Shown: one piece after another, positions 1 to 10,869 of the stretch
Numbering within the stretch: the stretch's first letter is position 1
Layout of the letters: every line of letters starts with the position of its first letter
Made by a program: the position numbers and the translations under genes
The notes under the pieces: model-generated
Seen by the model: only the letters and a program-made list of their open reading frames with translations
Told to the model about the DNA's origin: nothing
Database searches by the model: none
Source: an uncultured Methanoregulaceae archaeon
GTDB taxonomy: Archaea; Halobacteriota; Methanomicrobia; Methanomicrobiales; Methanospirillaceae
Assembly (NCBI GenBank): GCA_963701095.1
Contig: OY969564.1
Location: forward strand, 1,216,001 to 1,280,000
Direction of reading: 5' to 3'
DNA: 64,000 bases

Positions 1-393
1 TTGGCGCGAATTATAGATGAAAAATCTCCCCCTAGCCAGATTACTGGGCTTGAACAAACTGTCCGCTCCATAACTGACAGGGGAAAACGGGCCCTTGTAT
101 ATTGCAGGTTATGCATTCTTTCTCGCGACAGGTCGGATATGAAAACGGCCAAAAGAATGCTCAATAATGCAATAAAAGAGTCGGATATAATCAGACCCCT
201 TTCAAAAAGAGCCTATATACGTTGCGATATAGCAATAAAGCTGTATACTGCGGGGTATGAGAGTGTTGCGCAGGATATCCTGGACAATGCCATCGATGCT
301 GCAACAAATATTAGGCAGTCAATTCTTCGGGATGAAGTATTCAATGAATTAGGACTTGTTATCAGGATATTACAAGAGGGTGCACCTGAATGA
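1..393 (+). CDS. Hypothetical alpha-helical repeat (TPR-like) protein, probably the C-terminal part of a gene starting left of the window
   Basis: Open frame from the window edge with helical repeats (KRALVYCRL / KRAYIRCDIA; MLNNAI / ILDNAI); stop overlaps the next ATG (ATGA). Confidence 0.55.
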   Translation: MARIIDEKSPPSQITGLEQTVRSITDRGKRALVYCRLCILSRDRSDMKTAKRMLNNAIKESDIIRPLSKRAYIRCDIAIKLYTAGYESVAQDILDNAIDAATNIRQSILRDEVFNELGLVIRILQEGAPE

Positions 394-683
394 AAACTCT
401 TGAGATTATGATTACAGGAAGAGTGCAGAAGGTGGGATTCCGCGCCTGTGTAAGAAAATTTGCCTTGGATCTTAAAGTGACAGGTACTGTTATGAATCTT
501 GATGACGGAAAAGTCCAGATCTTTGCGACAGCAGAACCTATAATTCTTGAAAAATTTATTTCGATGATTTATAGTTGTCCCCGGGCTGTAATAAGAGATA
601 TCCAGACTACAGAAATGTTAACCCGGACATATTCTGAATTCTCTATCATCAAGAATAATGGAAGAATTAGTACATTATTGTAA
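390..683 (+). CDS. acyP: Acylphosphatase
   Basis: ITGRVQKVGFR and GTVMNLDDGKV match the acylphosphatase motifs GxVQGVGFR and GxVxNxxDGxV. Confidence 0.85.
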   Translation: MKTLEIMITGRVQKVGFRACVRKFALDLKVTGTVMNLDDGKVQIFATAEPIILEKFISMIYSCPRAVIRDIQTTEMLTRTYSEFSIIKNNGRISTLL

Positions 684-1611
684 ATTTTTCTTCTTTCTGA
701 ATCGCTTTCAGATAATTATTAACCTGATGATCAAGTTTTTGATTGTCAATGGATTCTTTAAAATCTGAGATCAGCTTCTTGATTAAAGCGTCTGAAAGCA
801 TGCATCGCGTCGAAGTTTGTTCATAATCCCCGGGTTTCAGAACATTCCGGGCTATATTACATACAATACGGTCGATCATCCCTGCCTTAAAAGGTCCGAT
901 AAAATCCCGGATAAGTGAACCAGGACCTTCATGCAAAAGCCCGAGATCAGGATCAAGACGGGCACCTATGACAGAAACACAGCAATTTCCAAAAAGCATT
1001 GCATAACCGAAAGAAAAGATTGCATTTATCGGATCACATTGGGGCCTCACGGTTCGTCTCCTGAAATCAAAACATTTCGGTATATCTCTTGAAAGTATTT
1101 CATAATACATATTCATCGTCAGATCGGACAACCGACGGATCTCTTCCATTTTCACCAGATACTCGAGATTGTTGAGAGCATTATGCAGAATCTGCAGTTC
1201 CCCTTCGTATAAGATATAGGATCCACGCTCTTCCTGAAGTCTTTCAATTGCAATAAGCCGGGATTTTAGGGAAGCTTGTGCAATTGCAGTTGAGTAACGG
1301 TGTCGAGGTGAATCTTCCTGAAGACGGCGAATTTCTTTATCAGAGGAATTGCCAAAAGGCTGCAGTATTCCCACCGGTGTCCCGTCAGGTTCAAAAAATG
1401 ACACATAAGAACCATTTTTCAAAAGGTGCGAAATTGTAGTGGAGTTTATGTTATGGCCACCCACAATAAGCAGGTTTTTTATTTCATCAAAAGGGTATTC
1501 TTCAATGGTTCCTTTATTAAGGATAATTAATTTCTTCTGTGTTGACTTGATATGAGCGCCAAAACCATACACTGCCAACCAGGGAATCGCTCGTGTCATA
1601 GAAGTCTGCAT
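667..1611 (-). CDS. cas1: Stand-alone Cas1 homolog (Cas1-solo), probably catalytically impaired
   Basis: Cas1 motifs RRTVRPQCDPINAIFSFGYAML and LDPDLGLLH, plus a Cas1-like N-terminal beta domain; no other cas genes or array nearby. Confidence 0.85.
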   Translation of the reverse strand: MQTSMTRAIPWLAVYGFGAHIKSTQKKLIILNKGTIEEYPFDEIKNLLIVGGHNINSTTISHLLKNGSYVSFFEPDGTPVGILQPFGNSSDKEIRRLQEDSPRHRYSTAIAQASLKSRLIAIERLQEERGSYILYEGELQILHNALNNLEYLVKMEEIRRLSDLTMNMYYEILSRDIPKCFDFRRRTVRPQCDPINAIFSFGYAMLFGNCCVSVIGARLDPDLGLLHEGPGSLIRDFIGPFKAGMIDRIVCNIARNVLKPGDYEQTSTRCMLSDALIKKLISDFKESIDNQKLDHQVNNYLKAIQKEEKFTIMY

Positions 1612-1774
1612 GAAAAGCTTGATTTATTCTACAGATTAAAGCATCGTTTTTGTCGTTGATTTCTCAATAGTGTGCCAGGTATTCCTTTTCAGGAAATGAA
1701 TTATGGCATTGAATAACGAAACATAAAGGATATAAGATTCTATAGGTCATGCAATAGCATAACAGGTGAAGGGA

Positions 1775-3063
1775 TTGTTCTGGGATAAGAAGGTAGAAAC
1801 ACTTAAACCTGCCGACCTTAAGGTCCTTCAGTTGAAACGGTTAAAAAAAACCCTCCAAGCAACACAACATGTTGAATTTTATCAAAAACAGTTCAAAGCT
1901 GCCGGAATATCCGCAGCTAGTATAAAAACTCTTGATGATGTCCAAAAATTACCCTTCACAAAAAAACAGGATCTCCGCGACGGATATCCTTTTGGATTTT
2001 TTGCGGTTCCAATGCAAAAGATTGTGCGTATTCATACAACATCCGGGACTACCGGAAAACCCACCGTAGTTGGGTATACCCGACGGGATCTTGATACTTG
2101 GGCGAATCTTATCGCCCGCAACATGACTATGATTGGCATCGGAAAGGACGATGTCTTTCAGAATATGGTCAATTATGGAATGTTCACCGGAGGATTAGGA
2201 TTCCATTACGGGGCAGAGCTGATAGGAATGACCGTGATCCCGAGTGCGACAGGAAATACCCGGCGGCAGATAGAAATGATCCGGGATTTTGGTGTTACCG
2301 CCATTCACTGCACGCCTAGTTATGCCATGCATCTTTCTGAGGTCGCTGAAGAAATGGGGGAAACGCTCGAAAGCCTGAAAAAGGGTATATTCGGGGCTGA
2401 GCCATGGTCTGATACCATGAGAAATACGCTCGAAAATCGCCTTGGTCTTACAGCGTACGATTCGTATGGGATGAGTGAGCTCTTTGGGCCGGGGTAGCAT
2501 TTGAATGTCTTGAACGTGATGGCCTGCACATCTGGCATGATAGTTATCTTGTTGAAATCATCGATCCAAAAACGGGTGAATGCCTTGCCGATGGTGAAAG
2601 GGGAGAAATGGTGATAACGCCCTTAGTGAAAGAGGCCATGCCGCTCGTACGTTACCGCACGGGTGATGTCACTATGCTTATGAAAGATGGATGCCTCTGC
2701 AAGAGAGGAAACAAAATCGCACGGATCAGTGGAAGAAGCGACGATATGCTGATTATCAGAGGTATCAACGTTTTCCCATCCCAGATAGAACATGTTCTGC
2801 TACGGATTCCAGAAGTTGGCAATCAGTTTATGGTGTATGTGGACAGGATCAATCATCTGGATGAGATGACCGTGGAAGTCGAGATCAACAGAAGCCATTT
2901 CAGCGGAGAATTGGCAGATCTGGCCAGGATTCAGAAAAAAGTGGTTAAAGAATTGCACGATACACTTGAACTGCGTACAACGGTAAAATTGATGGAACCC
3001 GGTTCCCTGCCAAGATTTGAAGGGAAAGCAAAACGCGTAATCGACAGAAGAGGTGACATCTGA
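1775..3063 (+). CDS. paaK: Phenylacetate-CoA ligase family protein, copy 1 (one frameshift near 2491-2494)
   Basis: TTSGTTGKP, YGMSE and GSLPRFEGKAKRVIDRR motifs. Adding one G to the G4 run gives PGVAFECLERDGLHIW and joins ORFs 1766-2497 and 2608-3063. GGTGA precedes TTG 1775. Confidence 0.85.
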
Positions 3064-4365
3064 TGCAGTACTGGGATCCAAGAATAGAAGAGATGCCGGA
3101 AGAGGAACTTCAGAAGGTCCAATACAAATTATTAAAAAGTCTTGTATGCCGACTTTATAGTTTTTCCCCCTTTTATCATGATCGAATGAAAGAGCTGAAA
3201 TGTCCATCCGGACAATATCAAGGCCTTATCAGATATCAAAAAACTTCCCTTTATGTTCAAACGGGATCTTCGGGATAGTTATCCTAACAGGATTTTTACT
3301 GCTGCCCAAGATGAGCTTGTACGATACCACGTTTCTTCCGGAACAACAGGAAAACCCACTGTTGTCGGTTATACCCAGAAAGATCTCGACATCTGGACTT
3401 CTTCTCTTGCCAGGGGACTTACAGCCATAGGACTCGGGAGGGGTGACGTCATTCAAGTCAGTTACGGGTATGGTCTATTTACCGGAGGACTCGGTATGCA
3501 TTACGGGGCAGAACGAATCGGTGCAACTGTACTTCCTACGAGCGTCGGAAACACCGAGCGCCAGATCGAATTAATGCAGGATCTCGGTGTGACGGCAATA
3601 GCCTGCACACCTTCCTATCTCCTTCATATGGGTGAGGTCGCAGAAAAAATGGGGGTCCATATTAAAAAAGATACATGCCTTAAAGCAGGAATCCTTGGTG
3701 CTGAGCCTTGGACTGAAGGAATGCGCACGAGGATTGAAAACTGGCTCGGCATCAAAGCTTTCGATATTTATGGAACAAGTGAGCTTTCGGGACCAATGTT
3801 TACCGAATGCGCCGAACAGAACGGTTTTCATGTCTGGTCGGATATCGCCTATGTGGAAGTAATCGATCCAAAGAGCGGTGAGCAACTCGAACCAGGAGAA
3901 AAAGGCGAATTAACGATCACGATGCTCCAGAAGGAAGCACTTCCCATGATCCGTTACCGTATTGGGGATATTTCATCCGTTGAGGTGGATACATGCCCGT
4001 GCGGCAGGACAAGCCCGCGAATCAAGCGGATTCAGGGAAGGGTAGATGATATGCTGATTATCCGAGGCATCAATGTATTCCCGTCGCAGGTAGAATACAC
4101 ACTGATGTCAATTCCTGAAGTCGGTCAGCATTTCCAGATTGTTGTGGAGCGTTCAGGCGCACTCGATGACATGCTTGTGAGAGTCGAATTGACTAAAGCG
4201 TCTTTCAGCGACAAGATTACAGATCTTATGCAGATTCGACAGAACGTAGAACACCGGCTCAGAAATGCACTGAATGTTGCAGTCAATGTTGAGTGAGTTG
4301 AGCCGGGATCATTACCGCGGTTTGAAGGTAAATCAAAAAAAGTGATCGATAAGAGGGTGTTATGA
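3063..4365 (+). CDS. paaK: Phenylacetate-CoA ligase family protein, copy 2 (frameshift near 3198-3200; in-frame TGA at 4294-4296)
   Basis: SSGTTGKP and YGTSE motifs; the frame continues past the TGA as VEPGSLPRFEGKSKKVIDKRVL*, paralleling copy 1. Confidence 0.85.
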
Positions 4366-4366
4366 A

Positions 4367-4801
4367 ATGGATGCGAAAAAGTATGTGATCAAACAGATCT
4401 CGATATTTTCGGAAAATCGCCCGGGCAGACTGGCGTCGGTCGCTCAAGCTCTTGGGGAGGAGAACATCAATATTCTTGCATTTAGTATTGCAGAAGCAAA
4501 TGGTTTTGGCGTTATCCGGGCGCTTGTGGATAAGCCTGAAAAGGCTTATGAAAAACTGTCATCGCTTGGATTTAACGTCGCATTCACCGATGTAATCGCG
4601 GTCCAGATGAAGGATCAACCTGGAGGTCTTTTTGAGATTGCAAAAGTTCTTGGTGATTCCGGGATAAATATCGAGTATTCCTATGCTTATTCAGGTAAAA
4701 AAGCGGCGGTATTGATCCTTCGTGTTGATCTTGTAGATGACGCAATCGAAAAAATTCTCTCCTCCGGTGCGACGCTCCTGGAATATTCTGTCTTTCACTA
4801 G
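4367..4801 (+). CDS. Tandem ACT-domain protein
   Basis: QISIFSENRPGRL and DQPGGL...INIEYSY, two ACT repeats; common paaK neighbour. Confidence 0.85.
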   Translation: MDAKKYVIKQISIFSENRPGRLASVAQALGEENINILAFSIAEANGFGVIRALVDKPEKAYEKLSSLGFNVAFTDVIAVQMKDQPGGLFEIAKVLGDSGINIEYSYAYSGKKAAVLILRVDLVDDAIEKILSSGATLLEYSVFH

Positions 4802-4808
4802 TCCATTC

Positions 4809-6095
4809 TCATTTCTTTTCCCATTTTACTAGTTCCGACACTACAGAAAGGGTACTCCCACGGCGGATCTCTTCACGAATCCTTGATTCCGTTTTTTTTA
4901 CTTCAAGAGCTCTGCGAGCAATTTCGTAGGCCCGTTCCGCGGGAATTACAACAACGCCGCTTTCGTCACCGGCTATCCAGTCACCCGGGCGAATGTTCTG
5001 GCTACAACACTGTATCTCTGCATTAATTTCACCGAATCCCTTGGGCTCACCGGCGTTGGGTACTATGGCTCTGGCGAACACGGGAAACTTCATGTCTCTG
5101 ATGTCATCGATATCACGGACTGCTCCATCTATTACGACACCTGCTATGCCTTTTTGGATACAGCTTAACGTAGCAAGTTCGCCCCACGGAGCGACGTGGA
5201 CCCCACCATCGTTATTGATCACGATAACACTACCCGGATCGGCAATATCAATTGCTTCAACAGGTTTTGCCCAATCTCCCGCCGCCGTTCGTACTGTTAC
5301 AGCCTTTCCTGCCACTTTTACCTTTCCACAGAGAGAGATCAGTCCCGGTAGTGCACCTTTCCTGTGCATCGCGTCACTGATGTTTGGGGTCGAGACCTGA
5401 ATGAGCAGAGAATGAATTTCTTCTTCAGGATTCTTTTTTTCTAAAACCCCGGCAGATGGACTATCAATAGATTGACGGATCAAACGAGTCGAACTCGTGA
5501 CATCAGCGGAACGGGCAATCCACCCACCGATAATAACGATATCTGCACCCTGTTTCACCGCCTCACCAGCAGTAGCGGCGTCAAGCCCGCCTGCGACAGC
5601 AATCGGGAGATGGATTTCTCCCCGAAGTGCAATGAGAAGGTCCAGCGAAGTCTTTCCAATCATCTGCTGATCGATACCAACATGGGCGGCGATAATATCC
5701 ACACCAAGGGATTCAAGTTCACGTGCTCGTGCCACAGGATCCCGGACATTGATTAGATCTGCCATCAGTCGGGTTCCGTATAACCGGCTTGCCCGGATCG
5801 CTTCCGATATGACTGCATCATCAGCATCGGCAAGAATGCAGACTATACTTGCCCCGGCTTTTGCGGCCATTTCGACTTCCATAGTGCCTGTATCAGCAAT
5901 CTTCATATCCGCCACAATCACTGCATCTGGGAATTGCTGACGCAATAAGCGGATAGCCTGCATGCCTTCGCTCTTAATAAGTGGTGTACCGGCTTCAATC
6001 CAGTCCGCCCCACCAGCGAGCGCTTCTTTTGCTATGTGCACAGCCCGATTAAGTTCGAGAAGGTCCAGTGCAACCTGCAGGACTACCTTTTTCAT
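4809..6095 (-). CDS. hxlA: 3-hexulose-6-phosphate synthase fused to a C-terminal RraA/MenG-like domain
   Basis: [18 protein letters not shown] and DMKIADTG (HPS/OMPDC barrel); then [13 protein letters not shown] and DGAVRD (RraA-like). Confidence 0.85.
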   Translation of the reverse strand: MKKVVLQVALDLLELNRAVHIAKEALAGGADWIEAGTPLIKSEGMQAIRLLRQQFPDAVIVADMKIADTGTMEVEMAAKAGASIVCILADADDAVISEAIRASRLYGTRLMADLINVRDPVARARELESLGVDIIAAHVGIDQQMIGKTSLDLLIALRGEIHLPIAVAGGLDAATAGEAVKQGADIVIIGGWIARSADVTSSTRLIRQSIDSPSAGVLEKKNPEEEIHSLLIQVSTPNISDAMHRKGALPGLISLCGKVKVAGKAVTVRTAAGDWAKPVEAIDIADPGSVIVINNDGGVHVAPWGELATLSCIQKGIAGVVIDGAVRDIDDIRDMKFPVFARAIVPNAGEPKGFGEINAEIQCCSQNIRPGDWIAGDESGVVVIPAERAYEIARRALEVKKTESRIREEIRRGSTLSVVSELVKWEKK

Positions 6096-6191
6096 GAGCT
6101 ATGATGGGTTGTATGGGATTTTTAAGTATTGTGAGATGGATCCTCGAATTCTACTATGAAAAAAAGAAGAATGCATATTTTTGGAAGATTA

Positions 6192-6695
6192 TCATTTCTT
6201 AAAGACATCAGAAAAAACTAAATTTTTTATTTCCTTTTTAGGGGCCGGGTTAATTTCCGAGGGTAATCCTGCAGGCACCAGTGCCACCAGGGTAAACTTT
6301 TCCGGAACATTCAACAATTTTCGCAGATCTTCGGCATATTCCTTTTTATCGCCGGCAACCCAACACGATCCTACGCCATAAGCCTGCAAGCCAAGGATAA
6401 GATTTTCTGTCGCGGCACAGCAATCTTCCAGGTAGTATTTTGCATTCCGTTCACCGAAAATCGCAAAGCACAGAGGTGCATCGGCAATAAATTTTCCATG
6501 GTCTGTAAAAGCTGCTATTTTTTCAAGCAATTCTTTTGAGCGAATGGTACCGATCAGCCATGGTTGCTGATTCATGGCCGTAGGGGCATGAAATGCACAT
6601 TCGATGGCATCGTGAATGAAGGATTCATCAATTGAATCGGGCTTGAATTTCCGAACACTATGCCGACCCTTGATGACTGCTGTTATAACATTCAT
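6192..6695 (-). CDS. Nitroreductase family protein
   Basis: RHSVRKF, APTAMNQQPW and GVGSCWV motifs. Confidence 0.85.
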   Translation of the reverse strand: MNVITAVIKGRHSVRKFKPDSIDESFIHDAIECAFHAPTAMNQQPWLIGTIRSKELLEKIAAFTDHGKFIADAPLCFAIFGERNAKYYLEDCCAATENLILGLQAYGVGSCWVAGDKKEYAEDLRKLLNVPEKFTLVALVPAGLPSEINPAPKKEIKNLVFSDVFKK

Positions 6696-6741
6696 ACAAC
6701 GGATATGGAGAGGTGGCGGATAAAAATGTTATGGATATGGA

Positions 6742-7785
6742 TTAAGGCTGTTTTTTCAGGATAATTACTACCATTGAAAATACCGAAATCACGGCGAGGA
6801 TTAAACCAAAACCGGAAGCTTTTGTCGGCGCTGTTTCCACCGGTATAGATTGGGCAACGGTTGTAGGTTCAGATTGTGAGGTTGTTGTTACGGTGAGCGA
6901 AGGAGTAGTATACTGTATTGATGGCGTTGTTGCGGGGGTTGAAGTGATTACTGTCGTCGGTGTGAATGTTGTTGGTTGCACCGCTTGACTGTTCGTCGTT
7001 GACACTGTTGAAGGTACGTTAACTGAGATCAATGGATTCTGCTCCTGATCAAGAACCGTAGTCTGCTGACTTATCGTTTTACCGGGAATTCCATAATTAT
7101 CATACATACCGTTTATGTCGCATTTTGCCCAGATGAGATACGTTCCTGTTGTATACTGTGAATTTCCTGTATCCCAGCTCCATGGTAGCTGGTAAGAAGG
7201 ACTTGAAAGTACAAGATTTTCAAGGGAGTGTAACCCTCCTGAACTATCGAAAAGCGAAGAATATTGACCACCACTGGGTGCTTGTATATAAAGGGTAATA
7301 CCTTCTGTTGACGAACTCCCTCGTGAAAATATCTGGTTCAAGTTAGAATCTATTTCGAAGGTTGCCTGATCCCCGCGCGGGATCCATTTGTTTGTAACAT
7401 CCAGATTTATCGACGAATCTATTACCCTGATCGAAAGCGAAGGATCGTCAACGGTAAAAGCTATACCATCCTCTTTTCCCTGTGAATTAATCCGGTACCA
7501 GGTTCCTGTGTACTGCTCGAATGGCGAAGGGGATACATAAAAATTCGACGACGAAGAGACAGGGTACGTATAATCCGGGGAACTTGTCGCGATAGCTGCA
7601 CCGGATGCCCACCAACCTATAGAAGTATCAGTTCCCACTGCGGCTGCAACATTAAGACCCTGTTCACCAATGTAAACCGTACCACCCTGCTGGACAGTTG
7701 TGTACGCACCCGCCATTACCGGGACAGCAAGAAGAGACATGCATATAAAAACCATCCCGAGCCGCATCCTTGTGTCGGATAACAT
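6742..7785 (-). CDS. Exported surface glycoprotein (DUF3821-like) with Thr-rich linker and PGF-CTERM-like anchor
   Basis: Signal peptide, GGTVYIGEQGL, T/S/P-rich stalk, C-terminal ASGFG + hydrophobic helix + KK. Confidence 0.7.
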   Translation of the reverse strand: MLSDTRMRLGMVFICMSLLAVPVMAGAYTTVQQGGTVYIGEQGLNVAAAVGTDTSIGWWASGAAIATSSPDYTYPVSSSSNFYVSPSPFEQYTGTWYRINSQGKEDGIAFTVDDPSLSIRVIDSSINLDVTNKWIPRGDQATFEIDSNLNQIFSRGSSSTEGITLYIQAPSGGQYSSLFDSSGGLHSLENLVLSSPSYQLPWSWDTGNSQYTTGTYLIWAKCDINGMYDNYGIPGKTISQQTTVLDQEQNPLISVNVPSTVSTTNSQAVQPTTFTPTTVITSTPATTPSIQYTTPSLTVTTTSQSEPTTVAQSIPVETAPTKASGFGLILAVISVFSMVVIILKKQP

Positions 7786-7903
7786 ATCTTGAATTCTGTT
7801 TTGCTCTTAAAATAAGTGACGATCCACCCTGTTCAGTTACTACATTTTCTTTAATATGAGATGCTCTGGGGCCAGAAATCTCGTAAAATGCAAAAAGACA
7901 GTA

Positions 7904-8458
7904 TTAGTCCGAACAGATCGAATCAAAATTCTGATAAACCCTTTTTCCATCAACGGTGTGACTTACTTCCGGATGCCATTGAAGCCCGTAAATCTTTTTC
8001 TTCGGATACGCTATAGCCTCAACATCACAAATACCGGAACTGGCAAGAAGGGTAAATTTTTCCGGTACCCTGCAGACTTCATCTGCGTGTGAGGCCCAGA
8101 CCGGAATTTTTTCCGGGTATCCCAAAAGGATATCATCATGATCACAAATAGAGATTTCAACCGATCCATATCCGCCAGATTTTCCCTCGTGAACCTCTCC
8201 GCCAAATTTTTTTGCAACAATATGAAGTCCCAGGCAGATCCCTAGGACAGGAAGTCCAAGATCCAAATACTCAGCGCACCTCCCGGCACGCTCGATTGCC
8301 GGGCCTCCTCCTAGAATAATTCCGCGGAATTTTGAACCTACCTCCTCTTTGGGGGTAGTATTGGGAATTAACGCAACCTCAATATCGAGATCTCTCAAGG
8401 CGCGATGTATCAAATGATTGAACTGCCCGTAGTTGTTGACCACGCAGATGGGAAGCAT
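7904..8458 (-). CDS. guaAA: GMP synthase, glutamine amidotransferase subunit A
   Basis: NYGQFNHLI, GICLG and QWHPEV, class I GATase triad. Confidence 0.9.
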   Translation of the reverse strand: MLPICVVNNYGQFNHLIHRALRDLDIEVALIPNTTPKEEVGSKFRGIILGGGPAIERAGRCAEYLDLGLPVLGICLGLHIVAKKFGGEVHEGKSGGYGSVEISICDHDDILLGYPEKIPVWASHADEVCRVPEKFTLLASSGICDVEAIAYPKKKIYGLQWHPEVSHTVDGKRVYQNFDSICSD

Positions 8459-8498
8459 TGTTACCAGATCCTTATGACAAATTGGTTATTAAGACTGT

Positions 8499-9509
8499 TC
8501 AGCTGTAAACCTGAACAATCTCAAAAATTTTCCTTTGAATCTGTTCAGGCGTAAAACCCATAACAGAGGCCATAAGCATTGCTCCTCCGGCACCAGTTCC
8601 TTCCTTAACCTCGCCTTTACAGTAACGGGCAAGCCCGTCATGACCAAGGTTATCAAAGCCCGGATCGACATAATACATCGGAACCCCTATCATCGCTGCA
8701 AGTTCCTGTACATTTGCTGTTCGGTCATCTCGGACAAATACCGTGGTTACTACTGCAGGGACAGGCCCATTCATCGCTTTAATAAGACCGCATACAGCCA
8801 GCATCTGGGTTCCTCCTGCTAGAACCACAGTTCCCGAGAACATATGTGCAATGCCTGCTGCAACAGGGATCATTGGATCTCCGGCATACCTTATTATCTC
8901 AAGAGGGTCCTGCATCGCATCCGGAGGGATGCCATGTAACACCTGCATGCAGATCGCCTCTTTCTGATCTACTGGATTTTTGACAAAACTGCTGCTGACC
9001 GTAGCAGGATATCCAAGAGCACGGAGTACGCAGAGAGCACTTGTTGTTCCTCCGGGAACACATTCTCCAAGGATTAGCAAATCTCCAGATCCTGACAGGA
9101 TTTTTCCGATTTCCTGGCCACGGGTAAAAAGTTTTTTTGCCAAGGGAACCGCCGCACTAAACCGCGGATCACTCCCAACCTGCCCAAAAGCATCCAGAGA
9201 AGAAACCGTCAGAGGATATTTCAGCCCGGCATTAATAAACAGAGGAGAAACACCGGTGAGCTCGATCATGGCACGTGTGATGGAAGCTGGCGTGGGGCAT
9301 CCGGTTGGTGTGTTTGGCATGACGGACTGGCTGGTTATCCGACCGGTTGTAACCAGTTCGGCATCAAGATTTGGTGTAAGGAGCGTTTGTTCAGGTGTCG
9401 GGCCTGCGCCAGAGATGCCGGGTATTGTAGAAATATATGTATTTCCGAGTATTACACAAAAAACAGGATTGTTTCCATGGATTTGGGGTGTACCGGTAAG
9501 GAATGCCAT
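8499..9509 (-). CDS. cobT: Archaeal nicotinate-nucleotide:dimethylbenzimidazole phosphoribosyltransferase
   Basis: PGISGAG, GECVPGGTT, LAGGTQM and KEGTGAGG motifs; divergent from cobZ/cobS. Confidence 0.85.
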   Translation of the reverse strand: MAFLTGTPQIHGNNPVFCVILGNTYISTIPGISGAGPTPEQTLLTPNLDAELVTTGRITSQSVMPNTPTGCPTPASITRAMIELTGVSPLFINAGLKYPLTVSSLDAFGQVGSDPRFSAAVPLAKKLFTRGQEIGKILSGSGDLLILGECVPGGTTSALCVLRALGYPATVSSSFVKNPVDQKEAICMQVLHGIPPDAMQDPLEIIRYAGDPMIPVAAGIAHMFSGTVVLAGGTQMLAVCGLIKAMNGPVPAVVTTVFVRDDRTANVQELAAMIGVPMYYVDPGFDNLGHDGLARYCKGEVKEGTGAGGAMLMASVMGFTPEQIQRKIFEIVQVYS

Positions 9510-9609
9510 ATAACTCAGGTTATATTCATCTTTTTTCCATTCTGTTTGAAGATATCGACATCTCGTGTCATAACCATATAATAGGAGAGTATCCCATTAA
9601 ATTTCTAAA

Positions 9610-10044
9610 ATGTTTGAGATCGAAGATCGGCTGGAGAAAAAGGGGATAACCATTGATGCCATGGTCGATGCTGCCATGGGCCTATATGTGTCCCACGGGA
9701 TCCCTGAAGAGCAAGCTTCTAAAAATATCAAAGAAAAAATGCTGAAATACCTTAAGGACCCGAATGTATCTTCGCTATTGCTTGGAGCGGTGCTGCTTGA
9801 GGAAGAGCTTTTCGAAAAGCGTAAAAATTCAGAGATTGCTGACGACCCTGTATTTTTATTAAGCGATGAGATCATTGGGATGGCTATCGCCGAATGCATC
9901 GGTGGAACGTATGCGAGATTCGAATTTACCCGGTATGATCAGAAAAAACCGGGTATCCTCGCCACTCTTGGCCCTTTTCTGGATGACGCTGTGGCCGGTC
10001 TTATAGCGGGGTGTACGTCTCGTTTGTACAGTGAATGCGTATGA
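9610..10044 (+). CDS. cobZ: Alpha-ribazole phosphatase CobZ (PgpA-like)
   Basis: DPNVSSLL, DDPVFLLSDE, YDQKKPGIL and PFLDD; coupled to cobS. Confidence 0.8.
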   Translation: MFEIEDRLEKKGITIDAMVDAAMGLYVSHGIPEEQASKNIKEKMLKYLKDPNVSSLLLGAVLLEEELFEKRKNSEIADDPVFLLSDEIIGMAIAECIGGTYARFEFTRYDQKKPGILATLGPFLDDAVAGLIAGCTSRLYSECV

Positions 10045-10751
10045 AACCAATCCTTTCACTTTTGCAATTCACTACCATAATACCTTTGGGAAAGCAGCAG
10101 GATTTTGATCATTTTGCCCGGCATTCCTGGCTTTTCCCGTTATCTGGATATGTTATCGCATTTCTGATCGCTATCCCGGTATTTTTCATTACGGACAGGA
10201 CACTTGCAGCAGCTGTAGCGGTAGCGGGAGTAATCTTCCTTTCGGGAGCGCATCATTTCGATGGACTGCTGGATTTTGGCGATGGTTTGATGGCACAGGG
10301 AGATAAAGAAAAAAGGACACGCGCCCTCACAGACAGGTACGTGGGGGCTGGGGGAGTGGCAGCTGGACTCATCGTCACTCTCCTGCTTTTTGCTGGGCTC
10401 ATTAATGCTCCATCCGTTATCCCTTCGCTGATTATTGGAGAAGTTTGTGCAAAATTTTCCATGGCCTTCCTCACAGCATATGGGACACCTTTCAAAAACG
10501 GTATGCACAGTTACCTCCACCAGTTTGCGAAACCATATTTCCCCTTCCTTTCGCTCCTGCTTTGCATCCCTCTCGTTTTCCTTCCGGTATCACGTTACCA
10601 GCTGGCAATCTCGGCGATAATCATGATATTGTGTCCTCTCGTGCTCAATGTAACTTCTGAAAAACTTTTTGGGGGGATCAATGGTGATGTTGTGGGAGCT
10701 GCAAATGAAATAACCCGTGCACTTGTTATTGTTGCATTGGCGCTGGCATAA
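10041..10751 (+). CDS. cobS: Adenosylcobinamide-GDP ribazoletransferase (cobalamin synthase)
   Basis: HFDGLLDFGDG and GGINGDVVGA; polytopic membrane protein. Confidence 0.9.
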   Translation: MKPILSLLQFTTIIPLGKQQDFDHFARHSWLFPLSGYVIAFLIAIPVFFITDRTLAAAVAVAGVIFLSGAHHFDGLLDFGDGLMAQGDKEKRTRALTDRYVGAGGVAAGLIVTLLLFAGLINAPSVIPSLIIGEVCAKFSMAFLTAYGTPFKNGMHSYLHQFAKPYFPFLSLLLCIPLVFLPVSRYQLAISAIIMILCPLVLNVTSEKLFGGINGDVVGAANEITRALVIVALALA

Positions 10752-10869
10752 ATTCCACACATTTTATTCCAAATGCTGGGAGAGGAATCCTATCCAACCG
10801 TTCTTCCAATTGAACCAATTTCAGATGATTCAAAAAACTATTTTCCTCCCGCCTTCATCCGAAGATATC

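Noticed and set aside
1..1770. CRISPR array or casposon around cas1
   Set aside because: No regularly spaced repeats, terminal inverted repeats, polB or other cas genes are visible, and the neighbours are housekeeping genes. Sequence left of the window is unseen.
4294..4296. Selenocysteine recoding of the TGA in the second paaK
   Set aside because: The aligned residue in the paralog is Leu, not Cys, and Sec use is not known in Methanomicrobiales.
6192..6695. BluB-like role for the nitroreductase near the cob genes
   Set aside because: Only generic nitroreductase motifs, two unrelated genes separate it from cobT, and BluB needs O2.
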